Assembly: GCA_965285935.1 (NCBI GenBank)
Contig: OZ260664.1
Location: forward strand, 23,622,001 to 23,686,000
Direction of reading: 5' to 3'
DNA: 64,000 nucleotides
Source: Ophelia neglecta
Taxonomy: Eukaryota
This document shows, piece by piece, positions 58,972-64,000 of this stretch. The notes beneath the pieces were generated by a model, which saw only the letters and a program-made list of their open reading frames with translations, was not told the DNA's origin and did not search any database. Made by a program: the position numbers and the translations under genes. The first letter of the stretch is position 1; each line of letters opens with the position of its first letter.

Positions 58972-61484
58972 ACTTTGTGAATTCTGTGCATTGTACAATT
59001 TTTCATAAAATATCATATGGATAAAATTAATCTAAGGAGCTTGTGCATATACACAAACGCATAGTTGTTTGCGCATAGATTTTGGCTTGTACACCCCTTG
59101 GCACATCAAACTAACTTTAAATCTTGTGCATACACACACACATAGATGTTTGCACATGTTTTTTGAGTAATAAATTCGGTGGGCTTATATTCAGCCACTG
59201 GCACATTGGTTAATTAACAAATAATGTGTTTATTAGTTTTTCGTTCATTAAGTAGGCCCAAAAAATATAGGCAAATTTAACGCACAAATATTAAAATTTG
59301 TTGTCAGTTGTTATTATCAGTTAGGTACAAATCGAACGATAGACATTTTCCAAATGATTGAGTGGTTTGAAATATTATTTTGGTTTCACATCATTATTCA
59401 TGCAGTAGATTAGGAAGATCGAATGTGCTGCTATGGCAACATTTTACAGCAGAAATCCGTCACATAAACAATTGAATTATAAAGAAAAACTTCGGTAGCA
59501 GAAATCAGAAATCAGTTTGCAGACGTCACGCAAGGGCTTAGTTCATATAAATACCAGTAAGAACCGCGGCCGAGTGCTGTGTTTATAGCTAAGTTGGCAC
59601 CAAGTCCGCCTTTTGAGCAGCATGTGGTCAGTTCAAGACTTTTGTCCCGGCGAAGATGTCCTATTGCCATGCACGTCCAAGGCACAATCACGATTCTATA
59701 GATATAGGATACTGTGTACATGGACGATTTAATATTGCAGTACGAGATATATAAGACATACAGCACCAATACTGTTCACTGAGACCAATTTCCAAGAAAA
59801 TAAGAGAAAGCTTGATTTGAAAACAGTTCCCTTATGAACCACAGTTACCTGTCTAAATGAGACCTGTGGCCGGATGTGACCCCATGATATGACCCCGTGA
59901 TCTGTAAATTCATTTCTGATTTCAAACATTTTCTATTTAAACTTCTTTTCTTTATGTGACTGATTTCTTCTGTAAGTAGGCAATGGTCTCGCTATAAAAG
60001 AGCTATGTTCGCGCATTTTGCCTCCTCTTGGTGTTGCGCTAGATTTTATTCTTAATGTTATTTGGAGTTTGTGTTTATACACTAAGAACATTTTTAACAT
60101 TAAAACAATATGTTCTTTGTAGTTCTGTTTATAAGAGTTATTCTAAGAAGCTATAAGGGGGAAGAATTAGCCCGGGAGACAAACAACTTGTCAAAAAAAT
60201 ATGCAACTGAATTTCTACAAAATAAAACTGCTTCTTTCAAGTAATATTGCCGAATTCCCAACAGGAGATATGCATTTCGTAAACTTATTAAATGAAGACG
60301 TCCACTTAGAAATTCCTTGTAGCAATCAACTGTTGCAACTGTGGCAAATGGCGAGCACTATTAAGCTAATAAATATTTACGCGGGAAAGGTCGATTCAAC
60401 TTTGTTTCTCAACTTAAACCGTGCAAATTCAATTGAAGCAGATGTTGGTGTCCTAATGTCCAGACTATGTGCCAACCAATCCGACATTACACAGACACCA
60501 TGCTGATCTAGGGATCATTTCTTGGCACGTCTATACAAAGTGATAGATTTCCAATGGGAGACTACTTACACAATATGCCATGTGACTTCTCAATATGCCA
60601 ATCATGGTTTGATTGGCTTCCATCTGCATCATTTGGCTTCCAATTACATCTATAGGTGAGAACTAAGTCGACGGATGATGCGGAAGTCTCCTTTGCTGGC
60701 AGAAAACCTTACCATCTAGGCCTATCCCGAAAATAAACAATTTATATGTAAGAGTTGTGGTAAAGATGATCATAATTAGCTCGATTCACGCTATTATATT
60801 ATGCTAATATTTACATATTTAGAGGCATCATTTTAAGCAAAACATTCTCGGGATGAGTCCTGAGAGTTGACCTACTTATTGCTCAATGGTTTATCTGCAA
60901 TAATAACTGGTGTTACCCAAGTTGGTAGAGGGCTGCTTTTACGGCAGAACCCAGCCTAACATAAAAAAAAAGTCCGTTGTAATTTTTTTTTTTTTGGTGC
61001 CATTTTGAAACACCTCAAGCGGAAACAAACAACGGTGACTCAATGGATATTCCTTATAATTTTTTCTTTTTCTTAAATCAAATTGCAGCAAATAAGATAT
61101 TTTTCTTTTATCACAATAGCAATAGTTTTTAATACTTTATTCAGTACGCATACTTTAAATGCAAGCGGTCAATGAAAAGATATACTAATATACACGTAAT
61201 AGAGAAAAATAGAAAAATAGAAAATTCATGCATTATTGACCTATTCCCGATATTAACTGGGGAATTTCGCCTTATACAAATAACTTCCAGTACAAGGAAG
61301 ACCGGAATTGCAAGAAAGCACCAAAAGGAGCACCAAAAGTTGCGCGTATTATTTTAAAGCAAATGATTTGCTCAATTTAGAAAAAAAAAGTATTATAGCA
61401 ATGAAATGGAAAGATTTGGAGTGCATGAACACGGCGAGACACCACTAACTTTTCACTCAGCAGAATGTTGCTCATATGCATGTG

Positions 61485-61966
61485 CAGAGGCGCAGGAAGG
61501 AAAATCAAAGTGAGGGGGCCAATTTTACATCAGCGGCATAAAAAGTGGGGGGGGGGGGGGCAAAACATATGATGGCCCCCACTTTTTTAAGTGGGTGATG
61601 GCATGCCCCCCCCCCTACCCCCCCCCTGCTTCCTACGCTACTGTACATTGATCTTTACATGCCAAAAATTATTGAACAAAATTTTCAATTATTGGCTGTG
61701 TAATGGGTTTGTAAATAACCTGCCCACAGGCAACTATATGATTATGGTCAAGCCAACTGAGGACAGACGCTTCTGACCACTGCTGCATGTGCACCATTTT
61801 GAGAGGGCAAAAATTGAGAGGGTCATCAATAAAAAGTGGGGCGGGGGGGGGGGGCAAAACATATGTTGGCCCCCACTTTTTTAATTGGGGGGCATGGCCC
61901 CCCCACTTTTTTAATTGGGGGGGGCATGCCACCCCCCCCCGGCCTCCCCCGCTTCCTACGCCACTG
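61485..61966. mobile_element. hAT-like MITE with an internally duplicated right end
   Basis: TIR CAG(A/T)GGCG(C/T)AGGAAG; 8-bp TSD TGCATGTG at 61477-61484 and 61967-61974; a second right end terminates internally at 61643. Confidence 0.8.
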
Positions 61967-63330
61967 TGCATGTGCATACCATAATTTTTCTTTGGAAAAC
62001 CAGAAAGTTAAAATCAGGAAGAAATACATTCATTGCTAATAACACTAATAACAAAGCAGTATCGACCATAGTAGCGGAAAAAAGTCACTCGGCATGTGGC
62101 TCTAACTTCCGTCCAACAAATTGAAAACATGTCCGTCGGAGAAATAACTACTCTCTGTTGATGTGCTTAAAATATGGAGTGCATAAACAATATTGACAAC
62201 TTGCATTTGAAGTTTTGCATTTGGAACTACTCGCAATGAAATAAAGAATTTTAAATATATTTGCGATTGAAATTTTGCATTTCCATATACTTTTACTTAA
62301 CATATACTTAACATAGGACTTCGGATTTACTCGCTATTTAATGTTTGCTTTTCTAATTGATTACAATTGGACCAATTTCATTATAGCCTTGACTAGTATA
62401 GGATTTAGGAACAATGAAGTACGTTTAGTGTGAAATCTTTCTCATGCAATGTAGTCTGAATTGATTCTAAAGGCTCAGAACACATAAAAAAAATAAAAAT
62501 TTGAAGAAAAACTATAAAGAAATAGCATTCGAACCATGAGCACGTTTTTTCAACATCAAATAACCATAATGCCCACTATCAAGTTAAAGGAGTAACTTGT
62601 CAGAGTGTAAAATATTTTCTCAAGCAACTCGATTTTCACCCCCTTCCCCCTCCATCATCGCTAATAGATATCCCCACTCCATCCCCCCTCTCCATCGGCA
62701 GGTATAAAGTTATACCCTTTCCATTAAAGAAAGCCTTGCATAGCTCTAGCTATTGAAATAGAATATTTGAAATGTGCCCCCTGAAAGGCGGCACAGTCAT
62801 ATACGCGCATGTACATTACCTCTGCTCGGCGAATATCCAGCTATATGGCAGATCGACCTTTTTTCGCTTATCAATAAGTAAAGCAATAACTTTTTCTTAG
62901 TAACTTTTTTTTCGAAATGTGGAGGCACAAATTTAGAATAGTTTACATCGAGTTGGCCTGCTATAGGTAGACAGAATAAATCGCTTGAAGTAACTAGCAG
63001 GAAAGTTTTTAGAAAAATTATAATCAGAATTGGGCGAGAACCTCATTAAAACATTTAAAGTGTTTTAGCGTAGCACTGGACTTAAAACATAAGAGAGGGT
63101 AAGCTTGAAAAGGCCAAGGTTGAGGAGTTCTCAACCCTGACAATGTTTATTTACAGCACCATAAAAAACACACAATATATGTACATAGGATTACATAACA
63201 GTCTCTATAGGATTACATAACAGTCTCTATAGGTAGTTTATACAAGTCTGACTGTATGGGCAAAATGGGCTCCAGCACGCAGTGCATTTAAAGTATTTTA
63301 TCAATAGGGGTATAAAAAAGGCCAGCCACG

Positions 63331-64000
63331 CAATACCCTTTACTATTTGAATTTCGCTTGTTAGCATCATTTTTCTATATATTAGCCGGAGCAAGTCATC
63401 AACAAAGTTTCTGAGCTTATTCTCTTCTTTAAAGCGGTACATAAATCTATTGAAGACTCAATGCCACCGTCCTAGCCTAGCCTATAAGGCGAGATCGCAG
63501 CTGTAGTTTTAAAGGCCGTATAGGCACGTAAAGCCGTAGATAAAACTAAAAACATAGCCTATTGATAGAAGAATTATTGTACCATAATTTATGTACAATA
63601 AATTAACTCAGGTAATGTTTATTCCAAATTTTTATTCAACAAAAAGAGCCGTAGTGCCTGGGTTACACAGGTTGCTGTCGAAACAATTGATAGCGTGAGG
63701 TGACTACATCACTAAATATAATCACATCACTACACAAACATCACTACATATAAACTTTATCGGTACATATACATATATATTCAAATTTCACGAAGGTACA
63801 AGCAAAAATTCAAGAATTAATACCACTGCGCAAGCTCTGTGGAACTCTCTTCCATGTGATTAAAGATCTAGTCAGATTTTGACTGTTTTTAAATCCAAAT
63901 TAAGACCGACTTGACAAGGGGTGTTTATGATTAACTGCATATGTTATTTTTCTAGTCGTTTTTATATCTTAAATAAAATTGATTTTTGCTCATACTTATA
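63331..64000 (+). repeat. Dispersed ~0.7 kb repeat, copy 2 (runs off the window end)
   Basis: Direct copy of 51047-51723. Confidence 0.9.

Overview
AT-rich, intron-containing animal DNA. Gene and repeat content suggest a marine invertebrate such as a lophotrochozoan (inference). I reconstructed four protein-coding loci by hand from splice signals and reading-frame phase. (1) The 3' ten coding exons of a bHLH-PAS factor of the Met/CLOCK group (+, 4831-17625), with PAS-A, PAS-B, a CLOCK-exon-19-like coiled coil, several LxxLL boxes and a GC-AG intron. (2) A complete 14-exon histidyl-tRNA synthetase gene (-, 37333-28813, 513 aa) with a U12-type intron and three phase-0 alternative first exons: canonical cytosolic WHEP, a mitochondrial presequence, and an unexpected basic NLS-like/Ser-Pro-rich exon that carries its own WHEP helix 1. 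(3) An intronless Mab-21/cGAS-like (cGLR/MiD51-like) gene (-, 46157-44814) whose third catalytic Asp is His. (4) An orphan disordered ORF (+, 58207-58971) with a PP1-docking RVxF motif and a C-terminal CCCLS CaaX box. The rest is a decayed L2 LINE, Gypsy-like remnants, two inverted tRNA-derived SINEs, non-autonomous DNA transposons (Tc1/mariner, MULE, hAT and Harbinger-like), minisatellites, a p53-site-like palindromic array and a ~0.7 kb dispersed duplication. Family assignments rest on motif recognition from memory; no searches were run.
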